The position numbers and the translations under genes were made by a program. A stretch of DNA of 24,000 nucleotides from Arenicella sp. 4NH20-0111 (GTDB lineage: Bacteria > Pseudomonadota > Gammaproteobacteria > Arenicellales > Arenicellaceae): positions 886,563-910,562 of the forward strand of contig NZ_BAABWF010000001.1 in the NCBI RefSeq assembly GCF_040366405.1. The letters run 5' to 3'. The notes below the pieces were generated by a model. The model did no database searches. It was not told the origin of the DNA and saw nothing but the letters and a program-made list of their open reading frames with translations. This document shows, piece after piece, positions 1-9,620 of the stretch; within the stretch, counting starts at the first letter, position 1; each line of letters begins with the position of its first letter.

Positions 1-388
1 CTCGTTGAAGTAGTTCAATGGATATACCGTCGGGAGACTTAATAAATGCCATATGGCCATCGCGTGGTGGGCGGTTGATTTCGACGCCTTTGCTCTTTAA
101 GTCGTGACAGGTTTGATAGATGTCATCAACTCGAAATGCTAAGTGGCCAAAGTTGCGGCCGCCTGTATAAGACTCGGGATCCCAATTATGAGTTAACTCA
201 ATTAATGGCGCTTGTTGTTCGTTAGCCGACGCTTGGTCATGGGGTGCTGCTAAAAAAATAAGAGTGAAACGCCCGGCTTCATTATCGTATCGACTGGTTT
301 CAACCAAGCCCAACTTGTCGCAGTAAAAGTCCAGAGAAGACTCTAGGTCACTGACTCTGACCATGGTGTGAAGATATTGAAGGCTCAT
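1..388 (-). CDS. gloA: Glyoxalase I / lactoylglutathione lyase (VOC family); C-terminus cut by window edge
   Basis: Not in the ORF track because it runs off the edge. Manual minus-strand translation from ATG at 388 gives [116 protein letters not shown]. The LHTMxRVxDLxxSxDFY, ELTxNW and GHxA motifs match GloA. It starts 23 nt downstream of the hemB stop. Confidence 0.8.
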   Translation of the reverse strand, partial: MSLQYLHTMVRVSDLESSLDFYCDKLGLVETSRYDNEAGRFTLIFLAAPHDQASANEQQAPLIELTHNWDPESYTGGRNFGHLAFRVDDIYQTCHDLKSKGVEINRPPRDGHMAFIKSPDGISIELLQR

Positions 389-411
389 ATTAATAATTCA
401 GTTGTGCGTGT

Positions 412-1464
<1,053 letters not shown>

Positions 1465-1522
1465 TTAATGACGCTCGCTGGCGCTTTAATAAACGGCAGT
1501 CGCTCCGTTGATCTGAGGCTGG

Positions 1523-2248
1523 TCAGTCATCGAGCTCCTGCACCATCCTGCGGCCTCCAACACGAGGCATTTGGTCTTGAATGTACGCTGCTCTTTCAGC
1601 CAGATAAGGCGATGGTTTTGCTGGATTTGAACGCGATGGTGTTGGCAATGCTGCCGCAATTAGGGCTGATTGGTAGGGCGACAACCCACTTGGCTCGATA
1701 CCAAAGTAGTGCTGACTTGCGGCGCCAATACCAAATACCCGTTTGCCAAACTGAGCGTAGTTTACGTAAATCTCGAGTATGCGTCTTTTGGGTACGATGA
1801 GTTCCATCCACCCCGTCAACCAGGCTTCGAGCCCTTTTCTTACAAAGCTTCGACTGGGCCATAAGAATAGGTTTTTTACCGTTTGTTGAGTGATTGTGCT
1901 GGCACCGCGTGAGTATCCTTTGCCTCTTTCTTTGAGCACCAATTTAATTTGTTTGATATCAAAACCGTGATGAGTTGGAAATTGTTGGTCTTCTGAGGCA
2001 ATGACGGCGTTTGGAAAATAAAGCGATATGTTTTCAAAATCTACCCACCTGTGCTTGATATTGGCGTTGTTATTTCGCTTATTCAGTTCAATGTAATTGC
2101 TTGTGGGTGGGTTTTCGTAGCGCAAGTAGATCATGGGAGCGGCCGAGACCACACAGATAAAAAGAAACAGTTTGAGCAACCACCTCAAAAGCCTAAAGCG
2201 TTTGGGCTTGGGTGGTGCAATCGCGTAAGGCCGCATTATGTCTCGCAC
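1523..2248 (-). CDS. mtgA: Monofunctional biosynthetic peptidoglycan transglycosylase (GT51)
   Basis: 241-aa ORF with an N-terminal TM helix, the GT51 motifs ASEDQQFPTHHGFD and GASTITQQ, and a size typical of MtgA. Confidence 0.88.
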   Translation of the reverse strand: MRDIMRPYAIAPPKPKRFRLLRWLLKLFLFICVVSAAPMIYLRYENPPTSNYIELNKRNNNANIKHRWVDFENISLYFPNAVIASEDQQFPTHHGFDIKQIKLVLKERGKGYSRGASTITQQTVKNLFLWPSRSFVRKGLEAWLTGWMELIVPKRRILEIYVNYAQFGKRVFGIGAASQHYFGIEPSGLSPYQSALIAAALPTPSRSNPAKPSPYLAERAAYIQDQMPRVGGRRMVQELDD

Positions 2249-2282
2249 GCTATTTTCCGCATTGCAGTGGTGATTGGTGCCG

Positions 2283-4064
2283 CTATTGACTGAATGGAGT
2301 GACTCGCAGTACTTCAGCCATGGTGGTCAGTCCTGAGGCCACCTTTTTTGCACCACTCATTCTTAACGTTACTAAGCCGTCGTTAATGCTCTGGTCCCTC
2401 AAGCCTTCTAGGTCAGTCTCGTTCTTGACAAAGGGTTTTAGCTCCCTTGTCATTTCCATCATTTCGTATAGGCCGATTCGGCCTAAAAATCCCGTCTGTC
2501 GGCATTCTATGCAGCCAATGGGTTTGTGCGGCGTTCCTTGATTGAGCTCAGCGTTGTTGGTGAATTCAGCCCACACCTCGGCATCAATGGGGGCGGGCTC
2601 CTTACAATGTGGGCACAACGTTCTGACCAAACGCTGGGCCATCACCCCTAACACGGTCGCGCTAATTAGGTAGGCCGGCATGCCTAGTTCCAGCAGTCTT
2701 GTAACGGCGCTTGGTGCGTCGTTAGTGTGTAGTGTTGAGAGTACGAGATGTCCTGTTAGTGAGGCCTGAATGGCCATTTCAGCCGTTTGAAGGTCTCGGA
2801 TTTCACCAATCATGATGATGTCAGGATCCTGACGGAGCAGTGACTTCACACCGGCTGCGAAGCTCAGATCTATGGCATTGTGTACTTGAATTTGATTGAA
2901 ACTCGGTTCAACCATCTCGATCGGGTCCTCAATTGTGCAGACATTGACTTCACTTGTTGCAAGGTTTTTCAATGTTGAGTAAAGCGTCGTGGTTTTTCCA
3001 GAACCGGTTGGGCCTGTGACGAGAATGATGCCATTGGTGTGGGTCGTCATGCGGTTCCAGAGATCCAGTTCTCGGTCGTTTAGCCCTAGTTGACTGAAGC
3101 TACGCTGCAATACCTCGGGATCGAAAATTCGCATCACCATTTTTTCGCCCATCGCCGTCGGAACAGTCGACAATCGCAATTCGATCTCTTTGCCATCGGG
3201 GGTTCGAGTCTTCAGTCGGCCATCCAATGGTCTTCGTTTTTCAGAGATATCCATGCGAGCGAGTGTTTTTAAACGCCCGGTTATAGCCAATAACACATTG
3301 GGTGGAACTTGATAGGCGTAGTGCAGAATACCGTCTATTCGAAAGCGAACCTCACCTTGGTCTTTTCGTGGTTCTAGATGAATATCACTGGCTCTTTGTT
3401 CAAATGCATACTGCAATAACCAATCCACAACCTGAACGATATGATGGTCTTCGGCATCAAGTTGGCCGCTGCGCCCTAGATCAACTAATTGTTCTAGGTT
3501 TTGTTGAATCGAGACGCCTTGGTTCTTATCTGCGATGGATGAACGACTGATTGATTTCGCCAACGTATAGAACTCGCTCACGTAACGATCAATGTCGCTT
3601 GGATTGGCGAAAACGAGCTCAATGTCTTTGCGCAACAAGCCTTCTAAATTTTCTCGCCATGACAGTTCCAGTGGATTTTTAACCGCGAGCGTGACGCTGG
3701 TAGAGGTCGACTTAACCGCCAGTAAGCCATTTTGCTTAGCGTACTGTGGAGCCATGACTTGGGTGACCGATGAAATATCGATGTTCAATGGATCGATGTG
3801 GAAATATTCCATACCCAATACGCCAGCAAACCACTCACATAACTCGTCCATGGCAATTCTATCGCCACTTTTTATGTGCGTTGGTAAGCTACGCGCTATC
3901 GCAATCAGAGGGTGAGAAAACGGTGTGGCACTTTCGTTGATATTTTGATCTATGCGTTTGGCTTCGTTGACCGATATGACTTGGTCCTTGAACATAGCTT
4001 TGAGAATAGACTTATGAGAAAGGCGGTCTATTGTTGGTTTTTCAGTTTTCAAACTAGAGTTCAT
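2283..4064 (-). CDS. GspE/PilB-family secretion/pilus ATPase (T2SS/T4P ATPase superfamily); orphan
   Basis: 593-aa ORF. It has Walker A GPTGSGKTTTLYS, Walker B/Asp box DPDIIMIGEIRD, His box LVLSTLHTNDA, a tetracysteine motif CPHC...CIEC, and an N-terminal T2SSE_N-like region (GMEYFHIDPLNIDIS). No partner GspF/PilC, pilin or secretin gene is in the window. Confidence 0.88.
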   Translation of the reverse strand: MNSSLKTEKPTIDRLSHKSILKAMFKDQVISVNEAKRIDQNINESATPFSHPLIAIARSLPTHIKSGDRIAMDELCEWFAGVLGMEYFHIDPLNIDISSVTQVMAPQYAKQNGLLAVKSTSTSVTLAVKNPLELSWRENLEGLLRKDIELVFANPSDIDRYVSEFYTLAKSISRSSIADKNQGVSIQQNLEQLVDLGRSGQLDAEDHHIVQVVDWLLQYAFEQRASDIHLEPRKDQGEVRFRIDGILHYAYQVPPNVLLAITGRLKTLARMDISEKRRPLDGRLKTRTPDGKEIELRLSTVPTAMGEKMVMRIFDPEVLQRSFSQLGLNDRELDLWNRMTTHTNGIILVTGPTGSGKTTTLYSTLKNLATSEVNVCTIEDPIEMVEPSFNQIQVHNAIDLSFAAGVKSLLRQDPDIIMIGEIRDLQTAEMAIQASLTGHLVLSTLHTNDAPSAVTRLLELGMPAYLISATVLGVMAQRLVRTLCPHCKEPAPIDAEVWAEFTNNAELNQGTPHKPIGCIECRQTGFLGRIGLYEMMEMTRELKPFVKNETDLEGLRDQSINDGLVTLRMSGAKKVASGLTTMAEVLRVTPFSQ

Positions 4065-4181
4065 CGCGTTGGGTTTGGCCGTTGCTCTTAAGAGTATTTT
4101 GACGAGTCTATGACACTCAATGCTATCATGACAACTAACCTATGAATTTGTAATTCGTTTTGCATGGACAGTTGATTAATA

Positions 4182-4664
4182 ATGATTCGTTTGATTATCG
4201 CTCTATTAGGAATAATTATGCTTTGGGTGTGGCTCTTTTCGCCACTAGGTAAGCGCCCAAGAATAGTATTGACTATATTCAGTATGGTGTTGGCTGTTTG
4301 CTTGGCATTGTTTGAGGCGTATTCTCATAAACCTCGAGAAAACTTGATCACCGTCAGCGAGATTCAACAGTGTGGGTTATCAGTCAGTCATCGATATCGA
4401 AGCGATTACCGCGTCAGCCTATGTTTAAAAAATGATTCTGGTAGCGCCAACGTTAAACGAATTGTCTTTAAGGTTATTGCATCCCGATGCACTGGCGCGG
4501 CCTCGTGTGAAGTGGTCGAGGAAGTGTCTAGGGATATCCCCGTTTCGATAGTGCCAAATACCAGCGTAGAGTTGATGGAAACGTTGCGATTCGAACAAGT
4601 GCAACCACAGGAAAAAGAGGTGGTTTGGGCTGCTGAGGTTGTCTCAGTAAAAGCGATACCCTAA
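4182..4664 (+). CDS. Hypothetical small membrane protein (two N-terminal TM helices plus a soluble domain)
   Basis: 160-aa ORF with hydrophobic segments LIIALLGIIMLWVWLF and IVLTIFSMVLAVCLALF. No obvious SD and no recognised family. Confidence 0.5.
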   Translation: MIRLIIALLGIIMLWVWLFSPLGKRPRIVLTIFSMVLAVCLALFEAYSHKPRENLITVSEIQQCGLSVSHRYRSDYRVSLCLKNDSGSANVKRIVFKVIASRCTGAASCEVVEEVSRDIPVSIVPNTSVELMETLRFEQVQPQEKEVVWAAEVVSVKAIP

Positions 4665-4679
4665 TCAGTAAGAATTTCA

Positions 4680-5156
4680 ATGCAACGCCGATCTCTTCAG
4701 TCGCTAATAAAAGCCATGTTCGCTCTTTTGGGGCTTACCTTTTTGTATGTGCTCTTTAGCAGTATTTCTGGTACCAATCAGGTCGGTGATTCTAGTGCGC
4801 TTTTTGATGACGTTGCGATTGGTCAAACTGCGTTAAGACGAAATGGGCAGCGTCGCGTATGGGTGAGTCGATTCAGTGGTCAGCAGCTCACAGAGCTAAC
4901 AACGTTAGAGTCAGTTTTGGTTGACCCTGCCGCTGGATGCGAAATCACGTTGGGTGTGTGCGTTCTTGACGCGAGCGCCAGTCGGTCTGGTATTGACATC
5001 GTATTCAGTGATTCGGTGCCCGCGCAGCTCGCTTCTGGATTGCCTTGGTTTGGTGGCTTTGTGGATCCTACTACAGGAGAGTTGTTTGACCGGCTAGGGC
5101 GAGCGTATTCTTCAACTCATCGGGGGCGATCGGAGCTTGTTCAAGCGGCAGATTAA
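4680..5156 (+). CDS. Membrane-anchored protein with a degenerate Rieske-like domain (Fe-S ligands absent)
   Basis: 158-aa ORF with an N-terminal TM anchor (MFALLGLTFLYVLF). GQRRVWVSRFSGQQL, CEITLGVCV and GGFVDPTTGELFDRLGR resemble PetA/Rieske segments (GKPxFIRRRT, CTHLGC, GGWFCPCHGSxYDxxGR), but the His/Cys ligands are missing. Confidence 0.5.
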   Translation: MQRRSLQSLIKAMFALLGLTFLYVLFSSISGTNQVGDSSALFDDVAIGQTALRRNGQRRVWVSRFSGQQLTELTTLESVLVDPAAGCEITLGVCVLDASASRSGIDIVFSDSVPAQLASGLPWFGGFVDPTTGELFDRLGRAYSSTHRGRSELVQAAD

Positions 5157-5182
5157 TTCCGTTGCGAAAGTTTTCCTGCCGC

Positions 5183-5776
5183 TTATCCGATGTGAAACCC
5201 CAGTTTAGCCGCGACATCAGCTGGGCTGAACACGTGGTGCGCTTGAATGCCGAGCTCGCGAGCCGCCATTACATTGTTAACATTGTCGTCAAAAAAGATT
5301 GTATCTTGAGGACGAAAGCCCAGTTTTTCCAATACGTAGGCAAACGATGCTCTGTTCGGCTTTGCGAGCCCGATTTTGTGGGAAAAATACAAGTGCTCGA
5401 TCAGAGAAGATAAGCCAAAGTCTATGGTTAGACGCTCTTCGTGCAGTTCGTTAGTATTTGATAGTACGGCAACTTGGTAACGGCTCTTTAGTTGATTCAC
5501 CAATTCCGACGCTCCAGGATAGAGTCCTTTTAGCCAGCCTTTAAATGTGTTCTCGAGCAACTCTTCCGTAATGTTTGGGTGTGTTCGACTCGTTAGCTCA
5601 CCCAGAAATGTTGAAGCACTAATTTCACCTCGTTCAAACTTTGTGGCCGTAGCGGAATCAAACCACTCCGTCAGCCCGAATGATTGACGGTCAATAAACC
5701 AGTCGGATGGAAACAACTCGTCACCGAGTTCAACGAGAACTCCCCCTAAATCGAGTAATATCAGTTGCGCGGTCAT
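5183..5776 (-). CDS. HAD-superfamily hydrolase (subfamily IA phosphatase-like)
   Basis: 197-aa ORF with motif I LLDLGGVL, motif II LSNTN and motif IV FFDDNVNNV. Confidence 0.8.
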   Translation of the reverse strand: MTAQLILLDLGGVLVELGDELFPSDWFIDRQSFGLTEWFDSATATKFERGEISASTFLGELTSRTHPNITEELLENTFKGWLKGLYPGASELVNQLKSRYQVAVLSNTNELHEERLTIDFGLSSLIEHLYFSHKIGLAKPNRASFAYVLEKLGFRPQDTIFFDDNVNNVMAARELGIQAHHVFSPADVAAKLGFHIG

Positions 5777-5815
5777 CGTATTTTTACAATCGTCATTATT
5801 GGATGGAATGGACTA

Positions 5816-6895
5816 CTAGCCAAACCAAGATAACGGTTCTTCATGAATCAGCGCGGCTTGTTCCCGCAGACTCAATATATGATCTTCCCAGCATCGCTGT
5901 GTATTAAACCAAGGAAACGCCCGCTTAAAAGCTGGGTCTTCCCAACGTTTTGCCAGCCAACCATAGTAGTGAATGAGCCGCAGGGTACGTAGTGCTTCGA
6001 TGATGTGCAGCTCTCTGGCATCGAAATCGCAAAACTCAGTGTATCCAGAAAGAACGGCGTCAATACCTGCCGTCTGATCTGGGCGGTCTCCAGAGAGAAA
6101 CATCCACAAATCCTGCACAGCAGGCGCGGTTCTTGCATCATCAAAATCAACGATGTGAGGTCCGTGGTCGGTCCACAGAATATTACTCGGATGCCCATCT
6201 CCATGACATGGAATGAGCGCTATGTCTCCAGCTCGCTGATAGCTTTGTTCAGCGCTTATCAGCAGTTGTTCGGTCAAGCTTTGATAAGCCTCGATGAGTT
6301 CTGGCGGAATAAAATTATTAGCCAAGACGTAGTCTCGAGGTTGGTATCCAAACGTTTCAATATTCAGAGTCGGTCGATGAACAAACGGCTTGGCTTTCCC
6401 CGTTTGATGTATTCGCCCCATAAAGCGCCCCATTTGTTCGAGTTGATCAAAATCCTCAAGATCCAGAGCGCGACCGCCTCTGTTTTCGAACAGCGCCAAC
6501 CTAAATTTCTCTGTCACTAACAAGGTTTCCCCTTCGACCGTCATAGGCGCTACCACGGGTATTTCTTGTTCAAACAGCGTTTGGGTAAATTGGTGCTCCT
6601 CTAAGATCGCTTGGTCTGTCCAGCGGTTTGGGCGGTAAAACTTGGCGACTAGGCTTTTTCCGCCTTCGTCTTCAAGCCCTACGCGGTAAACGCGATTTTC
6701 ATAACTATTGAGGGCGAGAAGACGGCCGTCACATTGGAAGCCAAACTCCTCAATACTGTTGAGGACCTCATCCGGCGATAAATTTGCGTAGGCTTGGTCG
6801 GTATTACTATCGTTTGTTGAGCAGTTGTCAAGCACTGGAAGGTTGTCATGGGTTAATGATATGGTGAGGATAGCTGAATTATAGGAGTGACACAT
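5816..6895 (-). CDS. srkA: Stress-response Ser/Thr kinase SrkA (YihE/RdoA family)
   Basis: 359-aa ORF. LNSYENRVYRV, KFYRPNRWT..ILEEHQF, HGDGHPSNILW, VDFDDARTAPAVQDLWM and WEDPAFKRAFPWF align closely with E. coli YihE. The start is uncertain: the ATG at 6895 gives a roughly 25-aa extension, and GTG at 6835 is an alternative. Confidence 0.88.
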   Translation of the reverse strand: MCHSYNSAILTISLTHDNLPVLDNCSTNDSNTDQAYANLSPDEVLNSIEEFGFQCDGRLLALNSYENRVYRVGLEDEGGKSLVAKFYRPNRWTDQAILEEHQFTQTLFEQEIPVVAPMTVEGETLLVTEKFRLALFENRGGRALDLEDFDQLEQMGRFMGRIHQTGKAKPFVHRPTLNIETFGYQPRDYVLANNFIPPELIEAYQSLTEQLLISAEQSYQRAGDIALIPCHGDGHPSNILWTDHGPHIVDFDDARTAPAVQDLWMFLSGDRPDQTAGIDAVLSGYTEFCDFDARELHIIEALRTLRLIHYYGWLAKRWEDPAFKRAFPWFNTQRCWEDHILSLREQAALIHEEPLSWFG

Positions 6896-6900
6896 CTTTC

Positions 6901-7689
6901 ATGACACACGAGGCGAAATCTGACCACATTGAACTGATAGGGCCTTCCCCTATTTTAGTGGCGCACCGGGGTTATTCTGGGCGCTATCCTGAAAATACAT
7001 TGTTGGCTTATCAAGCCGCCTATCAACATGGCGGGCGTCATATGGAATGCGATTTACAGCTGTCGGCCGACGGCGTACCCATTGTTCATCACGACGCCAG
7101 TTTAAAGCGGATGGCCGGTATCGACTTGGATATCCGAGATACGAAAGCCAAAACCATAAAGTCCATGCAAGCGTCTTACGCAGGCCGCTTTGATTCAGAG
7201 TTTTCGGATAACAACTTCACTACCTTTAGAAAGCTATGCAAGTGGATGAAACGCAAAGATGACGTCACCATGTTTGTTGAAATCAAACAGGAGTCGATCG
7301 ACCGATTTGGTATCCCTCTGTTTATGGATCAAGTCTATCGGCGAATACTCAAGTCTGAAATTCAACAGCAATGCGTGATCATTTCATTTAACCCTGACGT
7401 GATTGACTACTGTCGCAAGATCTCTTCAATGCAAACAGGGTGGGTGTTGCCAAGTTGGAATCACACCGTGAGGGAAACCGCGGACGAATTGAAGCCCGAA
7501 TTCCTCTTTAGTGATGTTGAAATTTTCCCAACCGATGATGCAGAGGTGTGGCGAGGGCCATGGCAGTGGGCTTTGTATAATTTGGATGATGTAAACTCGG
7601 CTATTAAAGCCGCTAACCGTGGTGTTCGATATTTAGAAACCAATCAAATAGGCACATTGATGAGCGATGGGAGGTTGTCCGGCCAATGA
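6901..7689 (+). CDS. Glycerophosphodiester phosphodiesterase family protein (GDPD)
   Basis: 262-aa ORF. ILVAHRGYSGRYPENTLLAY...ECDLQLSADGVPIVHHD is the canonical GDPD N-terminal catalytic region. Confidence 0.8.
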   Translation: MTHEAKSDHIELIGPSPILVAHRGYSGRYPENTLLAYQAAYQHGGRHMECDLQLSADGVPIVHHDASLKRMAGIDLDIRDTKAKTIKSMQASYAGRFDSEFSDNNFTTFRKLCKWMKRKDDVTMFVEIKQESIDRFGIPLFMDQVYRRILKSEIQQQCVIISFNPDVIDYCRKISSMQTGWVLPSWNHTVRETADELKPEFLFSDVEIFPTDDAEVWRGPWQWALYNLDDVNSAIKAANRGVRYLETNQIGTLMSDGRLSGQ

Positions 7690-8891
7690 ATAAAGTAAGA
7701 TTAATAAGTGGGCTTTTGAGCGCGATGCTATTGAGTGGGTGCGCTTCTCAAAAGCCGATCTACGCTGAGATAGAACCTGAATTCGTTGGTGTTCAAGCGC
7801 CGGAATTTAGTTACCCGGCCTTTAATGATGGATTGGTCAGCCAGTCGGTTTACATTGAATCGGCTGAAGAAATCACGCGCCTTTCCGATGACGTTAAACG
7901 AGATTTTTATCGTTATTATAATAAAAAGGAACTGGCCAACTATTCAGACGTTCACCGAGTAAGTTCCTATATTGGCCTGCTGATGGATCAATTCACTTAT
8001 TCGCAAAAAACCTATACGGCTCAAGAAACGATAGATAACTTAGGCGGCAATTGCCTGTCATTGACCATTCTGACTACGGCGATTGCAAAACTCGCTGGCG
8101 TTGAGGTGTCGTATGATTTGTTGAACAACAATCCAACCTATGCCCTAGATGAAGACATGTTGGTTACCTCTGACCACATGAGAGCGGTACTCAACAGCGG
8201 TTGGATGGATGCCAACGATACCTTATTTAAAGTCAGAGGGCGCATCACCATCGATTACTTCGACACTGAAGGAATGATGTTTGCGCAGAATATATCGCCC
8301 GTCTACCAATTATCTCTTTATTACAGTAATCGCGCGGTAGAACTGATGTTGAAAAAACGTTATGACGAGGCGTTTAGATTCGCTGAGAAAGCGACGGCTA
8401 TTTATCCAGATAATGATTCCGCGCTGATTTCATTGGCAATTTTACATCGTCGTTTAGGAGACTCAGAGGTGTCTGAATCGATCTACCAATACGGTTTGGC
8501 CAAGGGGCTTAATCAGTCGCCGGTTTTCTATCGCAACTATGCAGGCATGTTAGAAACAGATGGGCGCGTTGATGAGATCGCAAATTTGGAAGAGATGTAT
8601 GCTCAAGTTAAGGAGAACCACCCCTTGGAGTGGATTCGAGCGGGTAAGAGAGCACACCGAGAGGGACAGTATGAGCTTGCAATCAAGCATTTTAATAAAG
8701 CGCTAAAGATAACACCGGAGTTGACTGGTCTTCACTTACTAAGCGCCAGAGCGAACCTAGCTTTAGGAAGGCTTGATGAAACAGACGCCAGACTTTATCA
8801 AGCACTGAGCGACGCTCAAACTCAAGGAGAGTCCGCGGTATATCAGAGAAAATTGGCCAAGTTCAGAAAATTTAAGAAAAAATCCTCTTAG
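7686..8891 (+). CDS. Lipoprotein with a transglutaminase-like cysteine-peptidase core and C-terminal TPR repeats
   Basis: 401-aa ORF with lipobox LLSGC at residues 15-19. GGNCLSLTILTTAIAKLAGVEV, then DHMRAVL, then IDYFD fit a Cys-His-Asp transglutaminase-like core. The C-terminal half has TPR-like repeats (YYSNRAVELMLKKRYDEAFRFAEKATAIYPDN..., YELAIKHFNKALKITPE). The start overlaps the upstream stop (ATGA). Confidence 0.55.
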   Translation: MNKVRLISGLLSAMLLSGCASQKPIYAEIEPEFVGVQAPEFSYPAFNDGLVSQSVYIESAEEITRLSDDVKRDFYRYYNKKELANYSDVHRVSSYIGLLMDQFTYSQKTYTAQETIDNLGGNCLSLTILTTAIAKLAGVEVSYDLLNNNPTYALDEDMLVTSDHMRAVLNSGWMDANDTLFKVRGRITIDYFDTEGMMFAQNISPVYQLSLYYSNRAVELMLKKRYDEAFRFAEKATAIYPDNDSALISLAILHRRLGDSEVSESIYQYGLAKGLNQSPVFYRNYAGMLETDGRVDEIANLEEMYAQVKENHPLEWIRAGKRAHREGQYELAIKHFNKALKITPELTGLHLLSARANLALGRLDETDARLYQALSDAQTQGESAVYQRKLAKFRKFKKKSS

Positions 8892-8919
8892 TCAGAGTAA
8901 ATGTTAAGTAGAAGAGAGC

Positions 8920-8947
8920 AAAAAAAAGCCGCGTAACGCGGCTTTTT
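8920..8947. terminator. Bidirectional rho-independent terminator between convergent genes
   Basis: An A8 run, then stem GCCGCG (8928-8933), loop TAA, stem CGCGGC (8937-8942), then T5. It lies between the lipoprotein gene stop (8891, +) and the mscL stop (8977, -). Confidence 0.8.
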
Positions 8948-8976
8948 CTGTTTAATCGCCGTGTCGCGTTAAGGCG

Positions 8977-9408
8977 TTACTTCTTAGATAGAGAGTCGCG
9001 AATCTCTGTCAATAATTTGACTTCGTCTGAAGGCCCTGCCGGCGCTTCTTCTTCTGCCTCTTCCATAGCCGCTTTGGCTTTGTTCATGCCCTTGATGACT
9101 AAAAACAAGGCGAAAGCCACAATGAGAAAAGTAACTACCGCATTGATAAATAAGCCGTAGTTAATCGTGATTGCGCCCGCTTCTTTAGCTGCATCGAGCG
9201 TTGCGTAGACGGCGCCTTCGGTCGGGTTCTTGATAACGGCAAACATATTACTGAAATCAGTGCCGCCTGTGATGCTGCCCACCAGGGGCATAATGATATC
9301 ATCGACAAACGATTTAACGATGGTGCTAAACGAGGCACCAATTACGATACCAACGGCCATATCAACGAAGTTACCCTTCATTGCAAATTCTTTGAACTCT
9401 TTTAACAT
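8977..9408 (-). CDS. mscL: Large-conductance mechanosensitive channel
   Basis: 143-aa [39 protein letters not shown]-like TM2 and the charged C-terminal helix are classic MscL. Confidence 0.95.
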   Translation of the reverse strand: MLKEFKEFAMKGNFVDMAVGIVIGASFSTIVKSFVDDIIMPLVGSITGGTDFSNMFAVIKNPTEGAVYATLDAAKEAGAITINYGLFINAVVTFLIVAFALFLVIKGMNKAKAAMEEAEEEAPAGPSDEVKLLTEIRDSLSKK

Positions 9409-9620
9409 GTGGATCTCCTAGACTCGGTTGAATCAATAGATTTTAGTAGTAAATTGGGTTGTAGAGGCAAAGTTCTTTTACGGTAACCGACGAGCTTCAG
9501 GCGTGTATTCCTTCTCCGCTATGATCTCTACCCCACTGTTTGATCAGCGAGGTCACTATAGTCCTTTTTGTGATTATTTTTCACTAAAACAGCTAAAATA
9601 CTGTTTTTGTTTACATAATT

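Noticed and set aside
5143-5184. 9-bp inverted repeat AAGCGGCAG/CTGCCGCTT spanning the convergent stop codons of the 158-aa ORF and the HAD gene, as a terminator
   Set aside because: The loop is 24 nt and there is no U-tract on either strand, so it is not a canonical intrinsic terminator. It may still form, but I do not call it as a feature.
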